Positions 46,075-54,998 of a stretch of 64,000 nucleotides of DNA are shown here, piece by piece (the first letter of the stretch is position 1; the number at the start of each line of letters is the position of its first letter). Source of the stretch: a virus. Lineage: Duplodnaviria; Caudoviricetes. Made by a program: the position numbers and the translations under genes. The stretch lies in the IMG/VR virus record IMGVR_UViG_2974670102_000001, positions 160,001 to 224,000 of that record, one strand, 5' to 3'. The notes under the pieces are model-generated. The model saw only the letters and a program-made list of their open reading frames with translations. It did not search any database and was not told where the DNA came from.

Positions 46075-46449
46075 ATGCTGAAATACATGCGTGGCTTTGA
46101 TTGTCTGGGTGTTTCCATGGTAGAGGCTACGGGCCCGACCGAAGAAGAGTACGCGCGGCTGAACGAGAAGATGGCGCGCGAGCAACGTGACTTCGATCTG
46201 ATGGCCGCAGAAATCGGCAGTCTTCAGCTTGCGGGGACCGCCGACCGTATCAACGAGGTCGTGTACGAGGTGGCCAAGCGCTATTTCAAGGAAGTAGCGC
46301 TTGTCTGGAACCTGAACGACATCTGTGTGGCCGTGCTCGACGCTGAACTCGAAATGATGGTGTGGATTCCGTTCACGAAATTCGGCCCGATGTTTGCAAT
46401 CGGTGCCGAAGCCGATCCGTATTCGAAAATCGCGGCGGGGAAGAACTGA
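46075..46449 (+). CDS. Hypothetical protein
   Basis: GGAG SD. Confidence 0.6.
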   Translation: MLKYMRGFDCLGVSMVEATGPTEEEYARLNEKMAREQRDFDLMAAEIGSLQLAGTADRINEVVYEVAKRYFKEVALVWNLNDICVAVLDAELEMMVWIPFTKFGPMFAIGAEADPYSKIAAGKN

Positions 46450-46658
46450 TGGCAGCCGTCCTTGTTGCACTTAGCGCATCCGGTGCCTTCGACGCGCAGC
46501 CCTGTCCGTACCTCTTAGTGGAATCGCGTTTCAGCCACCCGGGTCCGCGTCGGGGCTCGCGATATCCCGGGGCCCCGGGCGGCCGGTACACGGTACACGA
46601 TGAGCGACACACCGTGTATAACCCGCAGAACTGCACTTACGAGTACGTGGACGAATGA
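46449..46658 (+). CDS. Hypothetical protein
   Basis: TGATG coupling. Confidence 0.45.
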   Translation: MAAVLVALSASGAFDAQPCPYLLVESRFSHPGPRRGSRYPGAPGGRYTVHDERHTVYNPQNCTYEYVDE

Positions 46659-46987
46659 ACGCACATCAGAGACGTATTCGACGCCGGGCCGCGTTTGGCT
46701 ATCCGGTGGTGCGGGCTCTCAAGGGCTACCTGCGCAAGCTCCGGGCCGGATACATTACGATGGACCCGATGCCGATTTTTCCGATCCCGCCCGTACCCGG
46801 GCACGCGATCCCGCTGATGGTGTTCGACTGGATGGGCGCGGACCCGGCGTTTGCGGCCGACGTGCGTATGGCAGTGGCCACGCGTGAGGCACGAATCCAG
46901 TTCACGGTGCCGCGCATGGACCCTGACATGGAGCGCATGATACAGGACGAGTACACGGAGCATCTGCGCCGCACCCTGTCCAAGTAA
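46655..46987 (+). CDS. Hypothetical protein
   Basis: ATGA overlap; Arg-rich N-terminus. Confidence 0.55.
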   Translation: MNAHQRRIRRRAAFGYPVVRALKGYLRKLRAGYITMDPMPIFPIPPVPGHAIPLMVFDWMGADPAFAADVRMAVATREARIQFTVPRMDPDMERMIQDEYTEHLRRTLSK

Positions 46988-47023
46988 ATAGGTAGTTCCG
47001 ATCAACCTGTAAATCAAAAACGA

Positions 47024-48397
47024 ATGGCAACAAAAGCAAGCCCACGTGCCGAACTAGCGGCGCTACGGGCCATGACGCACAAAGACAAGCGGGTGAGCGG
47101 AACCCTTCTCTCGCTGGTCGACGAATCGTACTTCCATTACACCGAAAGCCAAGAGGTCTATCAGGCGATCTTGCGCCACATGCGGGAAACCGGGACAACC
47201 CCGGCCTACCGTATCCTGATCGAGGACCCGCAGGTCTCGGAGCAGAGCCGGAAGTTCCTGCGCGACAGCCAGCCAACCGTCACCAACATCGACGAGGCGA
47301 CGAAGACGGCACGCCTGCTCAACAAGTACAGGCAAATCCGGGGCCTAGAAGAGTTGGCCGTCCAGATCGACCAGACGCTGAACGCGAAGGGCAAACTCGA
47401 TGTTGGAGCGCTGCTCGAAAACGTGGCGACGGGACTGGCGACGACCCGCAGCACCAAGAGCACGAAGGACTCGTTCACGCACTTCGGTGTCGGCAACAAC
47501 GCGACGGCAATGGTCAAGGACTTGCTGTATGGTGAGGACAACGACGAAATCATTCCGACCGGTATCCCCGAGTTTGATCGTCGGTCCGGGGGCATTGCCC
47601 GGGGCGCAATGTTCAGCATCGCCGCGACTTCGGGTGCTGGTAAGTCGACAATGGCAAACGCGCTCGCCATCAACATGGCGACCATGGGCTACAAGGTGCT
47701 GATGGTCCCGCTCGAAATGAGCACCAAGGAAATGACGGCGCGGACGATGGCCAACATCGGTGACTTCGATGTGACGGATATCCTGCGCAAGAAGCTGGCG
47801 GCCGGTGAGCGCGATTTGGTGATGAAGCGGTACAAGCGTTGGGCCAAGAAGGTGAAGGACGCGGGTGGCCGCTACACGATTTTCAAGCCCGACATGGACA
47901 TGACAATCGAAGAAGTGGTGGCGGCCACGAATGCCTACGACGTAGATGTCATGATCATCGACTATATCTCGCTGCTGAAGGGCGCTGACGGTGATGATCA
48001 GTGGCGTCAACTCGGGTCTATCGCCCGATACGCGAAGATCAACGCGGAATCCACGAACCGGGTCAACATCTTGCTCTGTCAGTTGAGCGAAGACGGGAAA
48101 ATCCGGTATTCGCGAGCCATCAACGAGCACAGCAACAACGCGTGGACGTGGGCCCCGACGAAGGAGCAGAAGGAAACGGGGCTCGTGACCATCGAGCAGC
48201 CGAAGTCGCGAAATAGCGAGCCGTTCCCGTTCCCGGTGCGCATCAACTACTCGCGTATGCGGGTCGAGCAGGCACCACAGTCCGACGATCTGGGTGAACC
48301 GGGGGCGCTCGGCGCACCTGTGTCAACCGATCCAAAGTCTGAGCAGAGGCGCAAACGTGCGAAAGAAGTGCCGAACTTGGCAGACATGAGTGATTAA
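47024..48397 (+). CDS. dnaB: Replicative DNA helicase DnaB-like
   Basis: IPTGI.EFD...GG, AATSGAGKS, LEMS..E, IIDYI.LL, LCQLS, K.RN. Confidence 0.93.
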   Translation: MATKASPRAELAALRAMTHKDKRVSGTLLSLVDESYFHYTESQEVYQAILRHMRETGTTPAYRILIEDPQVSEQSRKFLRDSQPTVTNIDEATKTARLLNKYRQIRGLEELAVQIDQTLNAKGKLDVGALLENVATGLATTRSTKSTKDSFTHFGVGNNATAMVKDLLYGEDNDEIIPTGIPEFDRRSGGIARGAMFSIAATSGAGKSTMANALAINMATMGYKVLMVPLEMSTKEMTARTMANIGDFDVTDILRKKLAAGERDLVMKRYKRWAKKVKDAGGRYTIFKPDMDMTIEEVVAATNAYDVDVMIIDYISLLKGADGDDQWRQLGSIARYAKINAESTNRVNILLCQLSEDGKIRYSRAINEHSNNAWTWAPTKEQKETGLVTIEQPKSRNSEPFPFPVRINYSRMRVEQAPQSDDLGEPGALGAPVSTDPKSEQRRKRAKEVPNLADMSD

Positions 48398-48409
48398 CCG
48401 GAGAAGAGA

Positions 48410-48799
48410 GTGAGTGAATATAGGGCATGCGATCAGGAGTGGGGCACGGTCCGTCGCGAGGTCCGCGACATCGAGAACTCGGGCCTTCCGATCTACCGGC
48501 TCCAGTTGATGGATGTGGAGCAGTTCGGGGACCTGTACTACGAACAGCAGCGCGCAATGTTGCTGCTCGACGATCCTGTACTACGGATCGATGGCAACAT
48601 CATCCACATCGAGGAACATAAGGCTGACTGGGGGCCTAGTTTCACGTGGCGTGAGTTCTACGCGCGCATCACGCACGCACGGCCGCTGTCAGGAGGATAC
48701 CTGCTCGTCAGCCTCAAGATCAGCAGTCGCTGGATCATGGACACGGAACTAGAGGCCGCACAACGTAATGCTGAACACGAGATCAAGGTATATGAGTGA
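48410..48799 (+). CDS. Hypothetical protein
   Basis: GGAG SD, GTG start. Confidence 0.55.
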   Translation: MSEYRACDQEWGTVRREVRDIENSGLPIYRLQLMDVEQFGDLYYEQQRAMLLLDDPVLRIDGNIIHIEEHKADWGPSFTWREFYARITHARPLSGGYLLVSLKISSRWIMDTELEAAQRNAEHEIKVYE

Positions 48800-48959
48800 T
48801 TTTTGGAACGCTGGCCCGGGCCCGGGCCACGAGGCCGACACGATCAAGAAGCTGCGCCAACTGGGCATCGACCCCCGGTTCTGGGAGAATGCGTCACTGA
48901 CGTTTGAGGGTGCGCTCGACAGGTTCTGGCGCAGTGCCGATGACTGGAGAGGTGTATGA
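48792..48959 (+). CDS. Small hypothetical protein
   Basis: AAGGT SD; coupled to the next gene. Confidence 0.5.
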   Translation: MSDFWNAGPGPGHEADTIKKLRQLGIDPRFWENASLTFEGALDRFWRSADDWRGV

Positions 48960-49345
48960 TCAAGACCCAGAGCCCGAGCCAATTGGGGATTCCGCCCACC
49001 GCCCTGTATCTGGACGAGAGTACCACACGCACGCTCCATGACGTGAAGTCGCATCCGCGTCCGTTTCAGGATGTGTGGGACGGGAACAAGCGGGCGGAAG
49101 TACGCGTCAACGACCGCGATTACGGGCAAGGGGACGCGCTGCTGATCCGCGAATACGATCCGGGGCCCCGACCGTGGGACCGGCATTCCGCTTTCTACAC
49201 GGGTCGCGAGATCGTGGCGATCATCACCCACGTGCAGCAGGGTTATGGACTGCCTCCAGACCTCGTGGTGCTTAGCATCGACGTGGTAGACCGTCAGGAA
49301 CGTCCTGTCCTTAGCGGGGTTAAGGAAGAACGCAAAATTTTTTGA
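48956..49345 (+). CDS. ASCH/PUA domain protein (DUF3850-like)
   Basis: H.VK..P..F..V..G.K.AEVR.NDRDY..GD.L..REY...YTGR. Confidence 0.85.
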   Translation: MIKTQSPSQLGIPPTALYLDESTTRTLHDVKSHPRPFQDVWDGNKRAEVRVNDRDYGQGDALLIREYDPGPRPWDRHSAFYTGREIVAIITHVQQGYGLPPDLVVLSIDVVDRQERPVLSGVKEERKIF

Positions 49346-49381
49346 GCCCCGTATAAACGTTTCACCGTAGAAATGAAAACG

Positions 49382-49421
49382 AAAAAGCCCCGTACAACTT
49401 CATCGGTTGTACGGGGTTTTT
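49382..49421 (+). terminator. Intrinsic terminator overlapping a downstream -35 box
   Basis: CCCCGTACAAC/GTTGTACGGGG plus T run. Confidence 0.85.
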
Positions 49422-49435
49422 CTTTGTGCTATGAT
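49407..49435 (+). promoter_or_regulatory. Sigma70-type promoter TTGTAC-17-TATGAT
   Basis: Consensus spacing; precedes AGGAG/ATG 49468. Confidence 0.6.
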
Positions 49436-49467
49436 GCACCATTGACTACCACCACACAGGAGCCGTC

Positions 49468-49770
49468 ATGTTCGCACGCGACCGCAAATCTGCCCAACAG
49501 GCCCGGGCGTCCCAGACTACACCAACCCGTGAACAGGCACGTCGCCTGAGCCTGCACCAGCAGGTAGAAATCGTGTTGGAGGGTTTCACGCTACCGGACG
49601 AGGCACGGGCCCGACTCGAACGCGCAGTCAACATGGAAAAAGCCGAAGCCTATCTGGTGCTCCGTGATGACGAGAAACAGGCGCTACGACGAGCCGAGGA
49701 CGCACTCCAGAAGATGGGGTGGTGGGATGATCTGGCGGTCGTGAGGTGCCTGCGTTCCAGAGCCCAGTAA
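49468..49770 (+). CDS. Hypothetical protein
   Basis: AGGAG SD. Confidence 0.6.
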   Translation: MFARDRKSAQQARASQTTPTREQARRLSLHQQVEIVLEGFTLPDEARARLERAVNMEKAEAYLVLRDDEKQALRRAEDALQKMGWWDDLAVVRCLRSRAQ

Positions 49771-51384
49771 TTACACCAGATATGGGGAATCCACGACCCG
49801 CACCGGCTTCTTCTTGCCCTTGATCGCAAGCATAGAATTCACGGTTCTGGATTCCCTGCGCTTTTCATCCGCCTGCTTTACCATCCCCGGGTTCTGTCGA
49901 CGTGCCTTAGCGATTTTCTGTGCACGCTCGTCGACTATCACGCGCGCCAACTTCCCCCGGGTCACCAGAACGCCTGTGCGCTTCTCGATCTCGCGCCCCA
50001 GCTTCTTCTGGCTTGTCCGGATTTCACCAGCCTTTGCTGCCTGCTTGAGAGAATCCAGTACCTGAGCCGCTAGTTCCTCCTTCGCCTTTTTCCTGTCTAC
50101 AGCAGCCTGTGTGCGGGCCGTGGCCTTGGCCCTGACCACCTTCTTCTTCACCTTTGGCTTGTGGAGTTCCTGTACCTCAGCCTCACTGAGTTCCTGCATG
50201 TCGGACTCAAGTTCGGGGGCTTTCCGATGCTGGTGACCTACGCCCAACAGTTTGTCCTGCTCGTGGCGTCGACGTGCCGAATCGCGTTGTTTTGCTGCCG
50301 TGCTGCCTGCCTTTTTCGGTCTCCCGCCCTTGTTGACCTCACGTTCGGGTAGCGGTTCTGTGGATAGTTGGGATTCCGATCCAGTTCCGTCCGCGTGAAC
50401 CACGTCAATCCAGTCTGCAAACGGGTCGATTCCCACGCCAATCGTGGTGGAGTTCTGGGATTGTACAGGATTCCTGTGCTTCTCTCCACCAGTCGTAACG
50501 CCCACGCCCACGCCCACGCCCACGCCCACGCCCACGCCCACGCCCACGCCCACGCCAGCAGTCCCAATATCACCAAACAAGTCACTGAGTTCCTTGTCGG
50601 ATTGTGTTGGTGTGCCCGTGCCCGTCTGGGCCCCGATGGGTGTGCTATAACTGGACACCGATTGCTTTGGGGTCGTGAGTTCCTGTGAATTAGCGTCGAT
50701 CACCCCGTTTCGGTTAGAGAGCGTGGATTCGAGCATCAGGACCCTCGATTCAGCTAGTTCTGCCCGCTGTTCGGCATCGAGACGGGCCTGATCCTGTGGA
50801 TCGATCTCTAGCCCCTGTTGGGTGGCCTGTAGTGCTCGTAGCGCATAGTTTTCTTCATTAAAAATTGGCGCTACGGGCCTCTTTTTAGGCTTTGTGCGTG
50901 GATACACAGGATCAGTAGATTGAGCGGGCACCGGTTTAATGAGGTGTTTTACGCCACCCGATTCGGACTCCGAAATATCGAGCATGAAGTCGTCATCGAG
51001 TTCACCAGATGCTTGGGAGTCCTCACGAACTTCGGGGCCCGGGCCCCACTCCCAATCGTCGTCCGCGTCCTCATCATCGTAGGATTCCTGAGCAACTGCG
51101 TAACCGCGATTGATGGCACCCGCACCCGCGATCTCGGAAATCGCGAGGTTGAGGTTCAGGGCGTGGAATTCGGCACCCGATTCACAGGGTTCGCGTAGGA
51201 CAGTGGGCTTCATCCCCATGTCGTGGAGACGGGCGACCACAGGATCGTGCATGAGACTCGACATCCGGATCGGCTGGTCCCCGTGCTGGACGAGCGCGAG
51301 AATCGGTTTGTTGGTGAAAGTGTAGCCCTGCACCGTGAACGAGCCGGGATGGGTGGGATCGAGTAAAATAATCAGATGTTGCAT
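49771..51384 (-). CDS. Largely disordered protein with acidic N-half, (GV)10 tract and basic HTH-like C-terminus
   Basis: 537 aa ORF opposite to its neighbours; KGGRPKK; SQKKLGREI..RTG..VTRG.L.RVI. Confidence 0.7.
   Translation of the reverse strand: MQHLIILLDPTHPGSFTVQGYTFTNKPILALVQHGDQPIRMSSLMHDPVVARLHDMGMKPTVLREPCESGAEFHALNLNLAISEIAGAGAINRGYAVAQESYDDEDADDDWEWGPGPEVREDSQASGELDDDFMLDISESESGGVKHLIKPVPAQSTDPVYPRTKPKKRPVAPIFNEENYALRALQATQQGLEIDPQDQARLDAEQRAELAESRVLMLESTLSNRNGVIDANSQELTTPKQSVSSYSTPIGAQTGTGTPTQSDKELSDLFGDIGTAGVGVGVGVGVGVGVGVGVGVTTGGEKHRNPVQSQNSTTIGVGIDPFADWIDVVHADGTGSESQLSTEPLPEREVNKGGRPKKAGSTAAKQRDSARRRHEQDKLLGVGHQHRKAPELESDMQELSEAEVQELHKPKVKKKVVRAKATARTQAAVDRKKAKEELAAQVLDSLKQAAKAGEIRTSQKKLGREIEKRTGVLVTRGKLARVIVDERAQKIAKARRQNPGMVKQADEKRRESRTVNSMLAIKGKKKPVRVVDSPYLV
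50498..50556. repeat. Perfect hexamer microsatellite (ACGCCC) x ~9.8
   Basis: Read directly; encodes the GV repeat on the minus strand. Confidence 0.97.
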
Positions 51385-51441
51385 TTTTGTACCTATCTGT
51401 GTTATTGTTGGTCTACATGAAATTAGTGGAAGTGAGGAACT

Positions 51442-51684
51442 ATGAGCGTACAGATGATGCGGGTCAGACAGGAACTGGAGGCCACTGTTGTTGCGGAATA
51501 CGGGCCCGGGGCCGAGGACGAAGAAATTACGATGACGCGGTATGAATTGCTGCTGCTGATGCAGGTGGGGGTTCGTCGTGTGGCGGCCCGGGACCCCGAT
51601 TTGTCGTTTTTGGTGCGTGAGGGGCTGGGGCTTGGTCGGCGGGTCGAGCGTTCTAGGGTTCGGGATAAGTGGAGTAGGATTTGA
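51442..51684 (+). CDS. Hypothetical protein
   Basis: GAGG SD. Confidence 0.55.
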   Translation: MSVQMMRVRQELEATVVAEYGPGAEDEEITMTRYELLLLMQVGVRRVAARDPDLSFLVREGLGLGRRVERSRVRDKWSRI

Positions 51685-51709
51685 CAGGCGTGGAAAAGTT
51701 GGGTAAGAT
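51681..51709 (+). promoter_or_regulatory. Sigma70-type promoter TTGACA-17-TAAGAT
   Basis: Near-consensus boxes. Confidence 0.75.
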
Positions 51710-51771
51710 CGGCCAATGTTGAATTAACTGGATTGGCGTGTTGAGCGCCAGCGAAACTACTGGGAGGTGTT

Positions 51772-52593
51772 ATGTCGGATCAGGTGAATGGGGGTTTGTT
51801 GAAGGTCGGTGAGTTGGGTGATGAACGCAGTGAATCACTCAAGGTCGGTGAGTTGGGGGTTGGTTGTAGACTTTATGACTTTTTCGTCGCATTCAGCAAC
51901 TGGCTGGAGCGCGGCGAGTCCCAGCAATCTCTCGAACACGGCCTCGGATTCTCGCGCTATTATGGCCTGTGTTCCAACCTCAACAAGTGGCTGCTTGATC
52001 GGGACCATCGACTTTTCGGGACCGACCAACACGGTCAACCGAGGGGCTGCTTATGGTACGCACGCGTCGACGAGTTTCAACGGGCACTCCAAGCGCTGTT
52101 TGCTGATCGCGGGCTGGATCGTGCGACACCGTTTGATGCTGACGAACTGGCGTACGAGCGCGCGGCGCAAGGCCATACTCTATACGTCAATCAGGCACGT
52201 CTCGCGTTCATCCGCGACGCGTGTGCCGGACTCACGCTGACCACCAGCCAGATCGAGCGTGCTATCGACGCGTTCTACATCGATATCGACAAGGCGGCCC
52301 CCCTGATCACGCGGCACACCAAGCGTGAGTTGTTCGAGCCCGTGTACGGCCTGTGCCAGAATTTCGTGTTCTGGCAGCGTGCGCAAGGCGTTGAGCGATC
52401 ACGCGTGCGCACGTTCCTGAATAATGCGCTGGTGCGTGAGTTCACGGACGCTGGCATGGATTCGCTGTATCCGTTCAATGCGGGCCGCGCAGAAAAGTAC
52501 AACGCGGAAGAAAATACGTTCCTGAACCCGCGACGCCGCAAGTGGATTCGTGATCGCGCGGCCGTCGCCCTCGTACGTATGGGGGTCAAGTGA
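51772..52593 (+). CDS. Repeat-family A protein (two GxCxN...PF...N.R units)
   Basis: GGAGGT SD; paralog of 58203..59237. Confidence 0.75.
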   Translation: MSDQVNGGLLKVGELGDERSESLKVGELGVGCRLYDFFVAFSNWLERGESQQSLEHGLGFSRYYGLCSNLNKWLLDRDHRLFGTDQHGQPRGCLWYARVDEFQRALQALFADRGLDRATPFDADELAYERAAQGHTLYVNQARLAFIRDACAGLTLTTSQIERAIDAFYIDIDKAAPLITRHTKRELFEPVYGLCQNFVFWQRAQGVERSRVRTFLNNALVREFTDAGMDSLYPFNAGRAEKYNAEENTFLNPRRRKWIRDRAAVALVRMGVK

Positions 52594-53018
52594 GTTACCA
52601 GCTTTCGATGGATGATGTTCTGGGTCTGGGTCACGGCATGCACCACATGGAAACGCGTCGTGGCATGATGACGAAAGCAGAGCCTGAACCGGCCGCGCCA
52701 GCGCCCCCGCGTCCGAAACGCGTGAACAAAGTGTTCAGGGATCGGACGATTCGTATCAGCGCCGTGGACATGGATAAGCTGGCATGGACCTATGCCGAGT
52801 ATCTGGAGTCCGATTGCCCGGATGCTGAGAAGGATGCAGCACTCGATATCGCGCACCTGATGCTCAAAGTGCTCGACCAGATCACGGATATCCGTAAGCA
52901 TCCGAAATACGTAGAAACCAGCGACGACTACGCGGAGGCCGAGGCCCAAGCCGAGCGCGAACGTGCGGAACGCAGGGCCCGGCGCGCTAAGCGTGGACAA
53001 AACACACAGGAGAAATGA
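52590..53018 (+). CDS. Hypothetical protein
   Basis: GTGA overlap. Confidence 0.6.
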   Translation: MSYQLSMDDVLGLGHGMHHMETRRGMMTKAEPEPAAPAPPRPKRVNKVFRDRTIRISAVDMDKLAWTYAEYLESDCPDAEKDAALDIAHLMLKVLDQITDIRKHPKYVETSDDYAEAEAQAERERAERRARRAKRGQNTQEK

Positions 53019-53398
53019 GTATGGCAGAATGGAACAAGCACCACGGGCGACCATTTGACCGTAGCACGTGGACGCCGGAAGACTACACGAAGATGGATGC
53101 GCATGAACTGTCCCTCGCTATCGATTACAGTTTGCGGGCGGCCCGCACACTGGGCAAGAACGAGGCAGAACTGGATTTCGACCTTCGTATCGATTTCCCG
53201 TACGAGTATTCAGGTTACAGGCTGGCCGCCGCCTTCCTGACCGAATACGACAACGACGGTTTCGGTATCGAATCCGACGAAGTTGTCGACGCCCTGATCC
53301 GCGTGCTTCAGCGCTACGAAGAAAGTGGCGGTGCCGCCCATATCGGGTACAAGACCGGGATCATGGGCAACGAGCTTGCACCGGCACCGTATCACTGA
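53015..53398 (+). CDS. Hypothetical protein
   Basis: AGGAG SD. Confidence 0.6.
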   Translation: MSMAEWNKHHGRPFDRSTWTPEDYTKMDAHELSLAIDYSLRAARTLGKNEAELDFDLRIDFPYEYSGYRLAAAFLTEYDNDGFGIESDEVVDALIRVLQRYEESGGAAHIGYKTGIMGNELAPAPYH

Positions 53399-53404
53399 TA
53401 TAGT
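53376..53404 (+). promoter_or_regulatory. Sigma70-type promoter TTGCAC-17-TATAGT
   Basis: Consensus spacing. Confidence 0.6.
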
Positions 53405-53437
53405 CGCGTTAGCTCAACATCTGAATGGGAGGTAAAA

Positions 53438-53797
53438 ATGGAAGAACCGAAGATCAACATGGCCGTGTACCCGCAACTCGTTACCTCGGAACGATTCGAG
53501 CACTTCATCGAAAATAACCTCGAAAAGCACCTCATCGAGTGGTTCGGCCAGACCGCTCTCGACGAGTGCGAGGGCATGATCAATCGCGTGCGAATCGCGA
53601 GCATGACCCAGTCGTTTGCCAACAAGCTTCTGACGTTCGCGCGTATCGAGCATGGGCCCGTCGTGTCGGAGGAAATGGCGGTCGATGCAGCCCGCGCCAT
53701 GACCAATCTGGAGTTGCGCATCAACAAGCCCAAGTTGAACGAATGGGAAGAGACGTTTGCAGGTCACCTGCTGGCTGTCGCGAAGGTGGGTGCCTAA
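53438..53797 (+). CDS. Hypothetical protein
   Basis: GGAGGT SD. Confidence 0.65.
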   Translation: MEEPKINMAVYPQLVTSERFEHFIENNLEKHLIEWFGQTALDECEGMINRVRIASMTQSFANKLLTFARIEHGPVVSEEMAVDAARAMTNLELRINKPKLNEWEETFAGHLLAVAKVGA

Positions 53798-54556
53798 ATG
53801 GTGTTCCTAAACTGGTACAAGAAACTGTCGGGCGGCCGTGCGAGCCCTATCGCGACCGTCGCAGAGGCAATCAAGCAGGCGGCCCCGGACTCCAAGTACC
53901 CGACCGATGTATTCAAGGGTGACCACAAGAAACTGGTGGAGGAAGCCTCCGCGTTTCTGCGCACCAACAAACCGGGTGCCGAGTTCTACATCAGGACGAG
54001 TTCTTGGGCCGAGGACGTGGTGAAGTACGCGCTGGTGGCCCTGAATCAGGCTGGGCTGTACCCGCTTTATGAATGGCGGATGGTCGAGACGCTGAAACGG
54101 GAACACCCGATGATCGGCGGCCAGTCCAACGACTACATCCACGTGCTGACGGTGCGTGAGCCCGTACCCGCGCTTACCGCGACTGACGCACGCGAAGGTG
54201 CGGACGACGCTCGCAAGGAACTGCACGCGCGAGCCGCACGCACGGCCACCTCGGTGCTGACCGGGATCGATATCGCAGTTGACGCCGCACGTCGACGTGC
54301 AGACCTGCGTGCCAAGATCGAGCTTGCGTACGATTATCTGGACAACAAAGAGTACGAAAGTGAGCTTCTGCGCCTGCTCCGTAACGAGTTGACGGCGCGC
54401 GGGTTCCAGTACGAGATCGATGTACAACGTGTCAGGACCAGCATGTACAACCACTCGTGGCGCGTCTGCGGCACCCTCCACTGGGGCAGCGACGCACAGC
54501 CGGATTTGTTTGACACGGCTCCGCGAGAGATCAAGGAGGAAGGCGTGGATGGCTAA
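53798..54556 (+). CDS. Hypothetical protein
   Basis: Abuts the previous stop. Confidence 0.65.
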   Translation: MVFLNWYKKLSGGRASPIATVAEAIKQAAPDSKYPTDVFKGDHKKLVEEASAFLRTNKPGAEFYIRTSSWAEDVVKYALVALNQAGLYPLYEWRMVETLKREHPMIGGQSNDYIHVLTVREPVPALTATDAREGADDARKELHARAARTATSVLTGIDIAVDAARRRADLRAKIELAYDYLDNKEYESELLRLLRNELTARGFQYEIDVQRVRTSMYNHSWRVCGTLHWGSDAQPDLFDTAPREIKEEGVDG

Positions 54557-54998
54557 ACCGTACTACCTGATCAGCGCGGACATCGCTGAGGTGCAGGTCC
54601 TGTCGATTCTGTCGAACGAGGTGCAAGTCGAGTACGACCGGCTCGTGTCCGAGGCCAACACCAAGTTCTACCGGGGCTGTACCACGGTCATCCGCTCGCA
54701 CATGGTCCATCACATGCAGAATCTGCTGGACCGGTTCTATCACTCGGACACGATTGCGGGCTACGTGATCACGTGTGACGACGACACGAATCCGGGCGAC
54801 GAGTTGCACGGGCTCAACATGCTGATCCATATTCCGCCCGGAGGCCAGCGCGGCGACGGTGTGGTGGAGCATCTGTTCCGTGGCCGTCGTTCGAATCCGG
54901 AGGCGGCTAAGGCGCTGGACAACGCAGTGGCCTACGCATCGACGATTCCGGCTCCGGAGCCGGTTTCGGATGCTGATCTTTACATGGAGGGTTTTTGA
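54549..54998 (+). CDS. Hypothetical protein with tail-sheath C-terminal-like motif
   Basis: IR......L......TIAGYVITCDDDTNP....G....I.I.P. Confidence 0.5.
   Translation: MAKPYYLISADIAEVQVLSILSNEVQVEYDRLVSEANTKFYRGCTTVIRSHMVHHMQNLLDRFYHSDTIAGYVITCDDDTNPGDELHGLNMLIHIPPGGQRGDGVVEHLFRGRRSNPEAAKALDNAVAYASTIPAPEPVSDADLYMEGF

Noticed and set aside
47024-48397. Intein or intron in DnaB or the other replication genes
   Set aside because: Normal lengths with contiguous motifs
50238-50688. ORFs with (AW)n, (HA)n or (TP)n runs
   Set aside because: Alternative frames of the hexamer repeat inside 49771..51384
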